Assembly (NCBI GenBank): GCA_043228905.1 | Contig: JBHGNT010000012.1 | Coordinates: 8,618,001 to 8,682,000 of the forward strand | Direction of reading: 5' to 3' | Length of the DNA stretch: 64,000 nt | Source of the DNA: Azolla caroliniana | Lineage: Eukaryota; Plantae; Polypodiophyta | In this document: one piece after another, positions 1 to 10,331 of the stretch | How the letters are laid out: every line of letters begins with the position of its first letter | Position numbering within the stretch: the first letter of the stretch is position 1 | Made by a program: the position numbers and the translations under genes | Notes under the pieces: generated by a model | What the model was told of the DNA's origin: nothing | Databases searched by the model: none | The model's input: the letters and a program-made list of their open reading frames with translations, nothing else

Positions 1-714
1 GAGTCCACCACATCACTCTTTTCTTCTTGGCACACGCCGGAGGATGTGCGGTTTGGTGGGGGTGGATGTCGTGATGTTGCGTGTCCAATGGGAGAAATTG
101 TGAAATAGAGTACTTCCACCGTACCCACATTACACAAACGATTATAAATATGAAAATTATCCTAGGGCCTAGTGGCATTCGAGTGCATATAGAGAGGTGC
201 AAGCAAGATTTGAACCTTGCACTTCCGAGATAGAAGACATTTATCTTACCATTAGGGCAACTACCAAGTACTTTAATGTTATGTAAATTTCTTTTCATAT
301 TCAAAAGACATAGGAAAACAACCGTACAAAACTGTGTGCACAAAACCATGTTCCAAGCCCATGGTTTTGTGCATGCCACAAGAAAAACCGTGTGCCCAAA
401 AACCATGGGTCCAAACCCATGGTTTTGTGCATGGATAGACCTATAAACACCCTCATAAGGCTTGTGTAAAGGGGGGGCTCAATATGTAATATCATTATCA
501 TCACCATCAATATAATCTTCTTCTTAATCTTCTTCTTGAAATCTATCTTCTTCTCAAGTGCAAAATCTTTGATCTTCTCAAGTGTAACATTAGTTTCCTC
601 GATTCCTACATACACATCGTCATCTTTTCGACAATTTCGCGAACGTCCTCCCCGGTCTAAGACCCCGGTGGTCCCGCTCAAGTGAAGCACGCATGCACGC
701 ACATCTTCGCGACA
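1..714 (+). mobile_element. LTR-like element (3' or solo LTR, left end outside window) related to the TGTCG...CGACA 4-bp-TSD family at 46878/47670; interrupts a Copia gag
   Basis: Ends ...CTTCGCGACA followed by CCGT (715-718), where Copia gag homology resumes. Terminal region (rc GGGACCACCGGGGTCTTAGACCGGG) resembles GGGAACCACTGAGGTTTTGGACTAGG at 46918. TATA-like CTATAAA at 441; antisense tRNA-like cassette at 200-262. Confidence 0.65.
200..262 (-). promoter_or_regulatory. tRNA-like Pol III A-box/B-box cassette inside LTR-like element
   Basis: Minus strand reads TGCCCTAATGGTAAG (A-box-like, 259-245) ... GCAAGGTTCAAATCTTGC (B-box 216-207 in a T-arm-like hairpin). Confidence 0.65.
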
Positions 715-1521
715 CCGTGTAGTGCGAGCTTTGTCGGTTTTCCCGACCGGTTTTGCCGGATCCAGATTTTTCTGAATTGGCGCACTTCTTCCAGCACTCG
801 CTCTCTCTGTGGCCTTTCTTGCCACAGTACCAGCATTCCGTGTCGGTCTTTCCTTGCCGGTTCCCGACACCGCTTTGACTCCCCCTGCTTGTGGAGGGTC
901 TGGAACTGTTGTTGGCACTACCTCTGTGCCTTTGGTCCTGCTCTTGTCAGCCACCTCCATTGTGTGCCGACCCACCTCGTCCACCACATCCATGGGGCCG
1001 ATCTGTCTCTGTGTACAGCATCCGGTCATCCGATTGAGTGGTCCTCGACCCACTCGCGTGGTTTTCTTCTACCATCAGCATCGATTGCAAGTCGAAGAAA
1101 GTCGGTGGCTTCTCCTGGGTGCAAATCATTTTCCGGATTGGCCCGTACTTTTGCGCTAGTCCACCGAGGCAGATTTGTACCATCTTGTCTTCGTCCACCG
1201 TCACGTTGATGGACCCAAGTGCGTCACAAATCTCCTTTATTTTGGTGGTGTAATCCGTAACCAACATGTCTCTTAACCGGATGTTGTTCAACTCTTACTG
1301 GAGCTACAACTTACGGGTTGTGGTACTCACGGCGAAAATCTTCCTCAGATTTCCCCAGGCCTCCTTCAGCGTTTTTGCATCCTTTATGTAGCCGAGCATC
1401 TGGTCGTGCACACAAGATGCGAGGCAGTACAATACTCGGCTCGCTCCTTGCTCCCATACCGGGAAGTCATTGTGTGTCGGCTCCAACGATAACTCGTTCG
1501 TTCCTTCCACAAAGCTCCAAT

Positions 1522-1874
1522 TGTCACGGATCATAAACTCAAGAGACAACGAAGAAGATAACCAAATGGACAAGAAAGAATATATTACTAAAGGAAAGAC
1601 TCCATAACTGGTGTTGTTCACCTTGAATTCCTTCAAGGTGAACTCCTCTATTTATACTACATGGCATGCATACTTGTTGCACGCATGTGAATCTACAATA
1701 GAGCATGTAGGTATGCATGCATGTGCCAAGTGTAAATACTACAAGGGAGCAACTATGCACATGATGCTAGCAAAATAATAAGGAACAATTACATACATAA
1801 CTAGTACTAGATATCTTGGTTAACTCATAATAGTAGATTATAACATGGTCGTGTCAAGAGTTCGAATCTTGACA
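1522..1874 (-). repeat. E1 3' LTR
   Basis: Identical to 6462-6814; adjacent to PPT. Confidence 0.97.
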
Positions 1875-4800
1875 TTATCCCCCCTCTTACGCCGCCGCCT
1901 TCCCAAATCGGCCGCTGGTTTGTGGGGATATCGGTGATGAAAATCTTGGACGACCTCTGGGGCATTTTGTAAATTTTCCGATGGTTCCCATGTGGCCTCA
2001 GACATGGGGTAACCCCTCCATAGGACGAGGTATTGCAAGTGTCGACGGTGCCAACGCGAGTCAAGGATTTGGTCGACCTCGTATTCCTCCCCTGTCGTCA
2101 ATTGCACAGGTGGTGGTGGTGGGGCTTGACGTCCTGGGAGTTGTGAAGCATAATGGGGTTCGAGGAGGGAGACATGAAAAACATCGTGAATCTGGAAGTG
2201 GGATGGAAGGGCGAGCCGGAAGGCGACGGGATTGATGCACTCGATGATACGGAATGGTCCCAACTTCTTGTAATCAAGTTTCGCACATGGACGAGTAGTA
2301 GAGATGTGTCGACGTAACAACCAGACCATGTCTCCAACGACAAAGTGTGGAGTGGAAGATCGATGGCGATCAGCCTGCTTCTTGTATTGTTCATTAGCAA
2401 GACTAAGCTCCAAGGATAAATCATGATGTACTTCTTCCAAAATGCGGGCACGATCCTCCGCCGAAGGGTTCACGGAAGTGGTAGGAAGGGAAATGTTGAA
2501 GCGAGGATGTAAACCGTAGTTGGCAAAGAAGGGAGTGACGCCAGTCGATGCATGGAGTGAATTATTGTAGGCGAATTCCGCGAGCGAAAGTAAGTTGACC
2601 CAATCATCTTGTTGGTAACTAACCGAGCACCGAAGATACTGCTCAAGGATTTGGTTGACACGCTCCGTTTGCCCGTCAGTTTGGGGGTGATAAGCGGAGG
2701 ACAACTTGACAGAGATGCCTAAAGTTTGTAGCAGGCGCTGCCAGAAGTGAGAGACAAACTGGGGTCCGCGATCCGAGATGACATCATCGGGGAGTCCATG
2801 CAAGCGTACTACATTGTTGAGTAGGAGATGCACCATTCCTTCTCCGGAAATGGTTTTGGAGCATGGAGTGAAGTGAGCCATCTTCGTAAACCGATCGACA
2901 ATGACCAACACCGAGTCATAGCTATTGACCAAGGGTAGATCAGTTATCAGGTCCATAGAGATAGAGGCCCAAGGACGACGAGGACATGGAAGCGGCTGTA
3001 GTAAGCCGTATGGCCGATGATGAATGGCTTTGGAGCGAGCACAAACCTCACAACTCTTTATGTATTCTTTGACCAGCTTCCATGGTTGTGGCCACCAATA
3101 CCCCCGAGAGATTAGCTCGAGGGTTTTCGCGACCCCGAAATGACCTGCAAGTGGGTCATCGTGGCATTCCCGCAACACCCGGGTGCGACATGGGCCCTCT
3201 GGGACGTATAAGAGATGATCTCGGAACAACAAACCCTCTTGTATGGTGAAGGTGTCAAGATCCTTCCTTTTGGTCGCCTTGGAGGGGTTTTGCAAACTAT
3301 CTCGAATCTCGTTGGCGAACGCATCGGTCTTGGATGCATCAGTGATTTGTTGGAGTAAAGAATCATCCTGCAACATACAAGTGGCAAACAGATGCAATTG
3401 GTCGGGTTTCAACAAACGTCTAGATTGTTGAGCATAAGCAGCATCCCCAGGGCGGAGTGCAAGGTCAGCTCGGCGAGAAAGGGCATCAGCCTTCCCATGT
3501 TGGCCACCAGGTCGAAATACGATCTCAAAATCGTAGTCGGCGAGAAATGTAGACCAACGGGCCTGCCTTCGATTCAAAGTACGAGTGGTGGAAAAATAAA
3601 CTAAATTTTTATGATCAGTCACTACCTGGACACGATGTTGTGCGCCGGCCAAGTAGGGTCGCCATTCTTCAAAGGCAGCAATGATAGCAGCAAGCTCCTT
3701 GTCGTAAATGGGATAATTGATTTCAGATGCCGTAAATTTTCGGGAATAGTAAGCCACTGGGTGCATTAGGTTGTTGTCGTCTGCTTGGGATAAGATGGCG
3801 CCAATGGCAAAGTCAGAGGCATCGGTTTCGACTTGGAAGGGTTTTGTGGGGTCGGCATGTAGCAGCACCGGGGCAGTGATGAATGCGTGTTTGAGTGAGT
3901 CGAACGCATTTTGTGCCTCCGAGGTCCATAAAAATGGAGTGCCTTTATGGGTGAGAGCGATAAGAGGTTGTGCTAGGGTGGAAAACCCCTTGATGAAGCG
4001 ACGGTAAAAATTCGCGAAGCCGAGGAAGGATTGCACATCTTTAAGTCGCCTTGGAGTCGCCCACGCCTGAATGACAGAGACCTTCTTCATATCCATGGTG
4101 ATGCCAGTGGGCGAGATGATGTAGCCCAGAAATTCGATCGAGGTACGGTCGAACTCGCATTTCTCGCTTTTGGCATAAAGGCCATGCTCGCGAAGTTTGG
4201 CCAGAACTAATCGGACTTGGCGAGTGTGCTCCTCCATGTTTGGCGAGAAAATGAGAATATCATCGAGGTAAATGACAACAAAAAGATCAAGATATTCTCG
4301 GAAAATATCGTTCATCATATGTTGAAAAACTGCGGGAGCGTTAGTAAGACCAAAAGGCATTACCTTGTATTCGAAATGCCCATACCGTGTTCGAAATGCG
4401 GTTTTCCATTCATCCCCCGGCTTGATGCGTACTAGATTGTACGCGCCACGCAGATCAACTTTGGAGAAGACACGCGCAACTCGGAGCCGATCAAGGAGTT
4501 CGGGGATCAGAGGTAGCGGATAGCGGTTGCGCACAGTGAGTTTGTTGAGACCTCGGTAGTCGACGCATAAGCGTAGAGAGCCGTCCTTCTTCTTCACAAA
4601 TAAAATGGGGGCCCCGGCTGGTGACTTAGAAGGTTGAATAAAGCCTTTCTCGAGGTTCTCATCAAGATACACACGAAGGGCCTTCAACTCTGGTGCAGAC
4701 AACGCATATAGAGGACCAAAGGGTGGACACACACCTTCTTGAAGATCAATCGGACAGTCGTAGAGCCGGTGTTCAGGCAACCGATCAGCATTACATTTTT

Positions 4801-5389
4801 CAAATACGCCGGAGAAGTGTTGGTATTTTTCAGGAATAACATGGAGTGTGTTAGAAATGGTGCCACAAACAAACCCATCCTGGACGGATGATGGGGTAGT
4901 CAATTCGGAGTCGACCGTCTCCGAAGGATAGGAAACTGAATTTACCTTCATACTTTTGCACGAGCATCTTGGCTTGCTAAATGTGATCGAGCGGTTGCAC
5001 CAATCCACTATTGGATTGTGCGCCTCCAACCACGTTAGTCCTAAGACGATCGGATGTCGAGGAGATGCGATGAGGTAAAAAGTGAGCTCCTCTTTGTGTG
5101 AGCCCACCCGAAGCCCTAATGGGATTGTAGCTTGAGTAATTGCACCTGACGAGAGGACGCACCCGTCGATGGCTTCAACTGGAATGGGTTTTGAGAGGCC
5201 AACGACAGGTACGCCATGTGCTTGGGCAAACGCGACGTCGATGAAGCAAGAAGATGCCCCAGAATCAAGTAAAGCAACAAACTGAATGGAACTAGAGTTA
5301 AACGAAAGCCATACCTCCAATGTGAAATTGCCTGATGGTCCGGCAATGGAACCAAGAGAATGTGGGCGACGGGAGATGTCCAGTTGCAT
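1838..5389 (-). CDS. pol: E1 pol polyprotein (protease, RT, RNase H, integrase, chromodomain); likely entered by -1 frameshift at ~5416
   Basis: ALLDSGA; LRLCVDYRGLN, YLDD; ETDASDFAIG; HHCC zinc finger, ISMDLIT, SDRGPQF, QTERVN; EEYEVDQILDSR...YLVLWRGY...TWEP. Confidence 0.97.
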   Translation of the reverse strand: MQLDISRRPHSLGSIAGPSGNFTLEVWLSFNSSSIQFVALLDSGASSCFIDVAFAQAHGVPVVGLSKPIPVEAIDGCVLSSGAITQATIPLGLRVGSHKEELTFYLIASPRHPIVLGLTWLEAHNPIVDWCNRSITFSKPRCSCKSMKVNSVSYPSETVDSELTTPSSVQDGFVCGTISNTLHVIPEKYQHFSGVFEKCNADRLPEHRLYDCPIDLQEGVCPPFGPLYALSAPELKALRVYLDENLEKGFIQPSKSPAGAPILFVKKKDGSLRLCVDYRGLNKLTVRNRYPLPLIPELLDRLRVARVFSKVDLRGAYNLVRIKPGDEWKTAFRTRYGHFEYKVMPFGLTNAPAVFQHMMNDIFREYLDLFVVIYLDDILIFSPNMEEHTRQVRLVLAKLREHGLYAKSEKCEFDRTSIEFLGYIISPTGITMDMKKVSVIQAWATPRRLKDVQSFLGFANFYRRFIKGFSTLAQPLIALTHKGTPFLWTSEAQNAFDSLKHAFITAPVLLHADPTKPFQVETDASDFAIGAILSQADDNNLMHPVAYYSRKFTASEINYPIYDKELAAIIAAFEEWRPYLAGAQHRVQVVTDHKNLVYFSTTRTLNRRQARWSTFLADYDFEIVFRPGGQHGKADALSRRADLALRPGDAAYAQQSRRLLKPDQLHLFATCMLQDDSLLQQITDASKTDAFANEIRDSLQNPSKATKRKDLDTFTIQEGLLFRDHLLYVPEGPCRTRVLRECHDDPLAGHFGVAKTLELISRGYWWPQPWKLVKEYIKSCEVCARSKAIHHRPYGLLQPLPCPRRPWASISMDLITDLPLVNSYDSVLVIVDRFTKMAHFTPCSKTISGEGMVHLLLNNVVRLHGLPDDVISDRGPQFVSHFWQRLLQTLGISVKLSSAYHPQTDGQTERVNQILEQYLRCSVSYQQDDWVNLLSLAEFAYNNSLHASTGVTPFFANYGLHPRFNISLPTTSVNPSAEDRARILEEVHHDLSLELSLANEQYKKQADRHRSSTPHFVVGDMVWLLRRHISTTRPCAKLDYKKLGPFRIIECINPVAFRLALPSHFQIHDVFHVSLLEPHYASQLPGRQAPPPPPVQLTTGEEYEVDQILDSRWHRRHLQYLVLWRGYPMSEATWEPSENLQNAPEVVQDFHHRYPHKPAADLGRRRRKRGDNVKIRTLDTTML

Positions 5390-5394
5390 GGCTC

Positions 5395-6411
5395 CTACTG
5401 CAACCGAACGATGTCGTTTTCCGGATGTTGGGGTCCGTTAGCTCTATGGAATTGTGGGCGAGTACTCCTAGGACAATGGCGAACGACATGACCGGAGGCG
5501 CCACAATACATGCACAAGCCATTAGCCCGCCGAAATTGTCGTTCAGCATCAGTCAATGGTCGAAATCGGGCTTGATCAATTTCCATGGGGACAGGAGCAT
5601 CTGCCGAAGTAGGCGAGTGTGAGGATGCTTGGGGTTGTATGACCGGGGCGTGGCGTGGAAGTGAATGAGGTGGGAACCAAGTCCGGCGCTCTTCTTGGCG
5701 AAATTCGAAAAGACGATTGTCACAATGGACTGCTTGTGAAATCGCTTGGGATAACGAGGTGGGCTCCGAAAAGTTTAAGAGAAGATTCTTGACATTGCTA
5801 CGAAGACCGCGCCGAAAGTGATCAGCTAAAGCTTGATCATCCCAATTGACGTCGCATGCTAGTTGTCGAAATTCGGAAGCATAGACCGAAGCTGCACGTG
5901 AACCTTGTTCGAGGGCATAAATCTTGTTAAGAGCTGTACGTCGTCGGTCCGTCTCTCCAAATGTGGCCTCTAACTCGGCGAGGAAGGCGGGAAAGTCCTC
6001 CAATAAAGGTGATGAGGTTTCTACCAATGGTGCAAACCAAGCTTGGGCCGGACCGGAGAGAAGGGTGCCCACAAGGCCGACTTGTCGAAGACCATCTCCA
6101 TAACGTTGAGGTTGTAGCCGAATGATAAGTCGAACTTGGTTGATGAACCCTCGGAAACGCGACCTCGTTCCATCAAATTTTTCTGGGAGGCTAACCTTAG
6201 GCTCAAGAAACTGTGACGAAGCTAGGCTAGATGTTGGTAGAAGATCGGGCTCTAGGCTAGGTTGTTGTGGGAGACTAGGGTTCGGGGGTTGTGAGGATAG
6301 GGAGGTACCGACTTGAAGTTCTTGTAAAGAATTTCGAAGAGCTTCATTTTCAAGCTGTAGTTGTCGTAAGGCTACCATTATTTGGCCTAACTCACTAGTT
6401 GAGTCGGACAT
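5395..6411 (-). CDS. gag: E1 gag (PEG10/sushi-like capsid plus CCHC knuckle)
   Basis: PEKFDG, QGSRAASVYASEF, PVPMEID, CMYCGASGHVVRHC. Confidence 0.95.
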   Translation of the reverse strand: MSDSTSELGQIMVALRQLQLENEALRNSLQELQVGTSLSSQPPNPSLPQQPSLEPDLLPTSSLASSQFLEPKVSLPEKFDGTRSRFRGFINQVRLIIRLQPQRYGDGLRQVGLVGTLLSGPAQAWFAPLVETSSPLLEDFPAFLAELEATFGETDRRRTALNKIYALEQGSRAASVYASEFRQLACDVNWDDQALADHFRRGLRSNVKNLLLNFSEPTSLSQAISQAVHCDNRLFEFRQEERRTWFPPHSLPRHAPVIQPQASSHSPTSADAPVPMEIDQARFRPLTDAERQFRRANGLCMYCGASGHVVRHCPRSTRPQFHRANGPQHPENDIVRLQ

Positions 6412-6448
6412 AGCTATGGCTTATGAGAGGGAGAGCTATGAGGATGGG

Positions 6449-6459
6449 AAGGTGAACAA
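6449..6459 (-). promoter_or_regulatory. Self-priming PBS of E1
   Basis: TTGTTCACCTT, 2 nt after the 5' LTR, is the exact complement of AAGGTGAACAA (6564-6554) lying 32 nt downstream of TATAAATA; no TGG tRNA-type PBS. Confidence 0.8.
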
Positions 6460-6461
6460 AC

Positions 6462-6814
6462 TGTCACGGATCATAAACTCAAGAGACAACGAAGAAGATA
6501 ACCAAATGGACAAGAAAGAATATATTACTAAAGGAAAGACTCCATAACTGGTGTTGTTCACCTTGAATTCCTTCAAGGTGAACTCCTCTATTTATACTAC
6601 ATGGCATGCATACTTGTTGCACGCATGTGAATCTACAATAGAGCATGTAGGTATGCATGCATGTGCCAAGTGTAAATACTACAAGGGAGCAACTATGCAC
6701 ATGATGCTAGCAAAATAATAAGGAACAATTACATACATAACTAGTACTAGATATCTTGGTTAACTCATAATAGTAGATTATAACATGGTCGTGTCAAGAG
6801 TTCGAATCTTGACA
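6462..6814 (-). repeat. E1 5' LTR
   Basis: Identical to 1522-1874; TATAAATA at 6596-6589. Confidence 0.97.
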
Positions 6815-7014
6815 CCAATATCCATGCCCCAGCAGGTACTGGTGCATTTTATATGACCAGGACGCGTAGTTGCTTCGGCCGAGCTTCTCTATGGGAAGTG
6901 AATTCGCCATACCTCTGTCCATATCTTCTCTTTGTCAGTTGTTGCTGGGTTCTAGGGTTCGTCTTCAAACGCAAGTGTCGGCTGCAACGGTTCTCAAACC
7001 TCGCTCTGATACCA

Positions 7015-7433
7015 TGTAAAAGTAAACGTGTGGAAGCGTTAGACAGAACCGGCCCAACTGGATAGCAACAGAGAATAAGAGGTTTAATGGAGAAGCTTAA
7101 TACACAGAGAATACTTGTGGGAGAGATAGAGAGAGCAGAACATAAACTTAGATTTTAAAATAATAAAATCACATTGTACTCTGTACATACAACGTGCTGA
7201 ATAGCACTATTTATACAAGTCCTCAAAAGGACTGACAGAAGTATCATACGAGCGACTGACACTAACTACGAGACAATGATTACCTAGTAGTCTAGGCTAC
7301 TACTAGGCTTCCGATTCTCGCTCGAATCCGGCTCTCTGATCTGTCTTCCCAATCCGGCTGGTTTTATCCGGATACTTATCCGGCTCTAGCTTATTCAGCC
7401 GATCCAGATCCAGTTGAGCTTGCTCGCTCAACA
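7015..7433 (-). repeat. Copia-1 5' LTR
   Basis: TG...CA ends; followed by tRNA-iMet PBS. Confidence 0.88.
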
Positions 7434-8674
7434 ACCCCAAGGTAACCCAAGAGATGGAAGTTGTGCTCGATAGCCCAATTTCTCGAATAGAACTCTCAGA
7501 GGCACTCAAGGATTTGCGAAGAGGAGCATGCCCCGACCCTGATGGTCTCTCACGAGATTTTTTTTGAGATCCATTGGGAAAGTGTTATTCTGTCATTGGA
7601 AGCCGGGGTTCAGGAGATCTAGTCCTCCGGCACGATGCCGACCGGGCTGGCTGAGGGGATGATCTATCTCATTCCCAAAGCAGTAGAGCGAAGCCTGGAG
7701 TTGGGCCAGTGACGTCCAATAACGATCCTTAACATGATTTACAAGATACTCGCAAAAGTCCTCGTTGGGCGGTTAGCAAGCTTCTTACCGGACATAATAC
7801 ATGAGAATCAAACAGGGTTTATCAGGAGCAGGGGTATCTTTGATAATGTGTTACTTCTATGGGAAGCAATGGCATTGGCAAATCACCCCATCTCGAGCTC
7901 AGCTATTCTAATGCTAGACTTCAAGAAGGCCTACGATAGGGTACTATGGCCCTTCTTGGAAAACGTGATGAGAGTTATGGGCCTACCCCAAAAATGGAGG
8001 AATTGCACTTCTGCTCTCTATCGAACTGCTACCAGTATTGTGCTAATAGCGGGTGTTAGGTGTCACGGACACACCAAGTGTGGACTAGGACGGAGCACAG
8101 ATGATGGGGCTACGAGTGATGGTTGAACTTGGAGCTGGATGTGACAAGGCTAGGAACTGTAGATGTTGTGAGCGACATGAGGGCATGAAGACAGAAATAA
8201 AGACCAAGGAGACAAAGATGAGGAGAAACGAGAATACTAGATTGATGTGTCAATGACTGGCGTTGAATCCCTTGAAAGGGACCAAGGATATTGCAAGTAT
8301 TTATACAATTTCCAAGATTGAATATCTCTAGAATATACTCAAGAAATATCTCGAGAATATACCCATTTAGAATATACTAACGACTAGAATGTTCTCGAAT
8401 GTACCATACACTAGATTCTACAATATATACAAGTTCACAATCGAATTTGGCCAATTCACAAGAGTTTTTATATGGTTAACACAACATGATGTACTGGGTG
8501 TGTTAAAAGTCAGAGGTTCGAGACTAGAATGTGACATTATCCCCCCTCTTACGCCGCCTTCCCAAACCGGTCGTTGGCTTAAGGGGGATATTGTTGATGA
8601 AAATCTTACACCACCTCCAAAGTATTTTGTAAATCCTAGACAAGGAGTAACCCTTCCAGAAGACGAGGTATTAA

Positions 8675-9250
8675 ACACCAACGGGCATGTGTGACCATGT
8701 GCGGTCCTCGCCTAGGAATGGAACACGAATACCAACGGGCGTTAGCTACCATGTGTGGTCCTCACGGGGAGCACGAACACCAACGGGAATGAGCGACCAT
8801 GTGCAGTCCTCATCGGGAACTGGAACACGAATACCAACGGGCGTGAGTGACCATGTGTGGTCCTCACGGGGAACACAAACACCAACGGGCATGAGAGACC
8901 ATGTCAGTCCTCGCCGAGAGTTGGAACACGACCACCAATAGGTGTGTGCCACCATGTGTGGTCCTCACCGAGAACTGGAACATGAACAACAACAGGCACG
9001 AGCGACCATGTCGGTCCTCGTCGAGAGTTAGAACACAACCACTAATGGGCATGAGCGACCATATGTGGTCCTCACCGGGAATTGGAACATGAACAATAGC
9101 AGGCATGAGCAACCATGTCAGTCCTCACTGGGATCTGGAACACGAACAATAGCTGGACTGAGCGACCATGTGCGGTCCTCACCGAGACTGGAACACGAAT
9201 ACCAATGGGCATGAGTGACCATGTGTGGTCCTCACAGGGAACACGAACAC
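8675..9250. repeat. Degenerate tandem array (~48-56 bp unit, ~11 copies), left half
   Basis: Unit approx. GACCATGTGTGGTCCTCACCGAGAACTGGAACACGAACACCAACGGGCATGAGC. Confidence 0.9.
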
Positions 9251-9251
9251 T

Positions 9252-10331
9252 TAGTGTTGCCTTTTGACGATCATTTTGACCATTTTTTGCAAATTTAATT
9301 GTATATGAAGGTTAATTTGAAAATGAAACCTTCAATCTTGATGGACATATATTTTATAAAAACGTAAAAGTGAAGGTTAAAATTTGTTAATACCCTCAAA
9401 TTTTGCTAAGGCCAAAACAATAGTACATGTATTAATAGTGACAAATTACAATTCATAGGTTATAGCATATAGTTTTATTTGAGAAGGGTAAATGTGTAAA
9501 CGTATGTTATGTGATATGATAAAGGAGAAGAAGCGCCCGGGCATATGCATAATGTGAAAATAAACATATGCGCCCGGGCTTCTTCTGTTTTCAGCCTATT
9601 CCTCTCTTTTGTTAGTTTGTTTCTCTCTCTCTCTCTCTCTCCACTTGCTTCTACTTCTTTCTTGATTTCTCTCTCACACTCTCCCTTGCTTTGATCACTT
9701 TGTAATTATTTCTTTCTTGCTTTCTTTTTCTCAAGCTCTTTGCTTTGATCAAGTTGTACTTTGTTCTTTCTTTCTTTCCCACCCTCTCTCTCACACACAA
9801 GTTATAATTGATCATTGATGGACTATATCCACAACTTTGCATCTCTCACACACAAGTTATAATTGATCATTGATGTCAATGCATGTCTTCAAATTTTACA
9901 TGATGCAAAGGCTTGTGAAATGGAACTCTATACGTTTGTTGACATTTACGTTTAAATTGTGAAGGCTATACTATGCATGGAGCTTGACATATGTTTTGCA
10001 AAATGAAGGATTGGCAAGATAGTTTCCCTCATTTGATGAAATTATGCCATGGTTTCGTGTGAGAGAGGGTTCTCTAAGCAAGATCTCATCAAAGAGATGG
10101 AAAGAAATCGATTGAATATAGAACATTTACATGATTTAATGCGAGCCTTGTTGAATGGGCCACACATTGAAGAAATACAATGGGATTGTGTATAATATAT
10201 TGTTTGGTAGGAATAATAATATTCGATGTATTTACTTTTTCAAGGGCAATTTTTTGGACAAACTGGCAAATGTTTTGGAATACCGTTCTCTCATCATGAC
10301 AGGCAATGTTACCCGTCAGAAGGAAACACTA
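9252..10331 (+). mobile_element. Internally deleted hAT DNA transposon
   Basis: 18-bp TIR TAGTGTTGCCTTTTGACG / CGTCAGAAGGAAACACTA (2 mismatches); degenerate 8-bp TSD CGAACACT/AGAACACC; dimerisation-domain remnant SCERGFSKQDLIK...RNRLNIEHLHDLMRALLNGP at 10055-10162. Confidence 0.85.

Larger units (their letters stand above)
1522..6814 (-). mobile_element. Intact Ty3/Gypsy chromovirus (Tcn1-like), element E1
   Basis: Two 353-bp LTRs identical by eye (1522-1874, 6462-6814; TGT...ACA); 5-bp TSD CCAAT (1517-1521, 6815-6819); PPT 1875-1890; open gag and pol. Confidence 0.97.
719..6910 (-). pseudogene. Copia gag (UBN2 + zinc knuckle), frameshifted/stopped, split into 6910-6815 and 1516-719
   Basis: ORF fragments 1304-1636 and 947-1291 align with Copia-2 gag fragments 12295-13035; ATG at 6910. 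Confidence 0.8.
715..7433 (-). mobile_element. Ty1/Copia element 1 (5' LTR, PBS, degenerate gag), split by a Ty3 insertion and cut at 714
   Basis: LTR 7015-7433 (TGTTGAG...TTTACA); PBS TGGTATCAGAGC 7014-7003; gag fragments NYASWSYKMHQYL, AWGNLRKIF, CLGGL; close homology to the Copia at 11794-17574. Confidence 0.9.

Noticed and set aside
301-1053. 250-aa minus-strand ORF
   Set aside because: Chimera of an alternative frame of Copia gag and the antisense of the LTR-like element; crosses the 714 junction.
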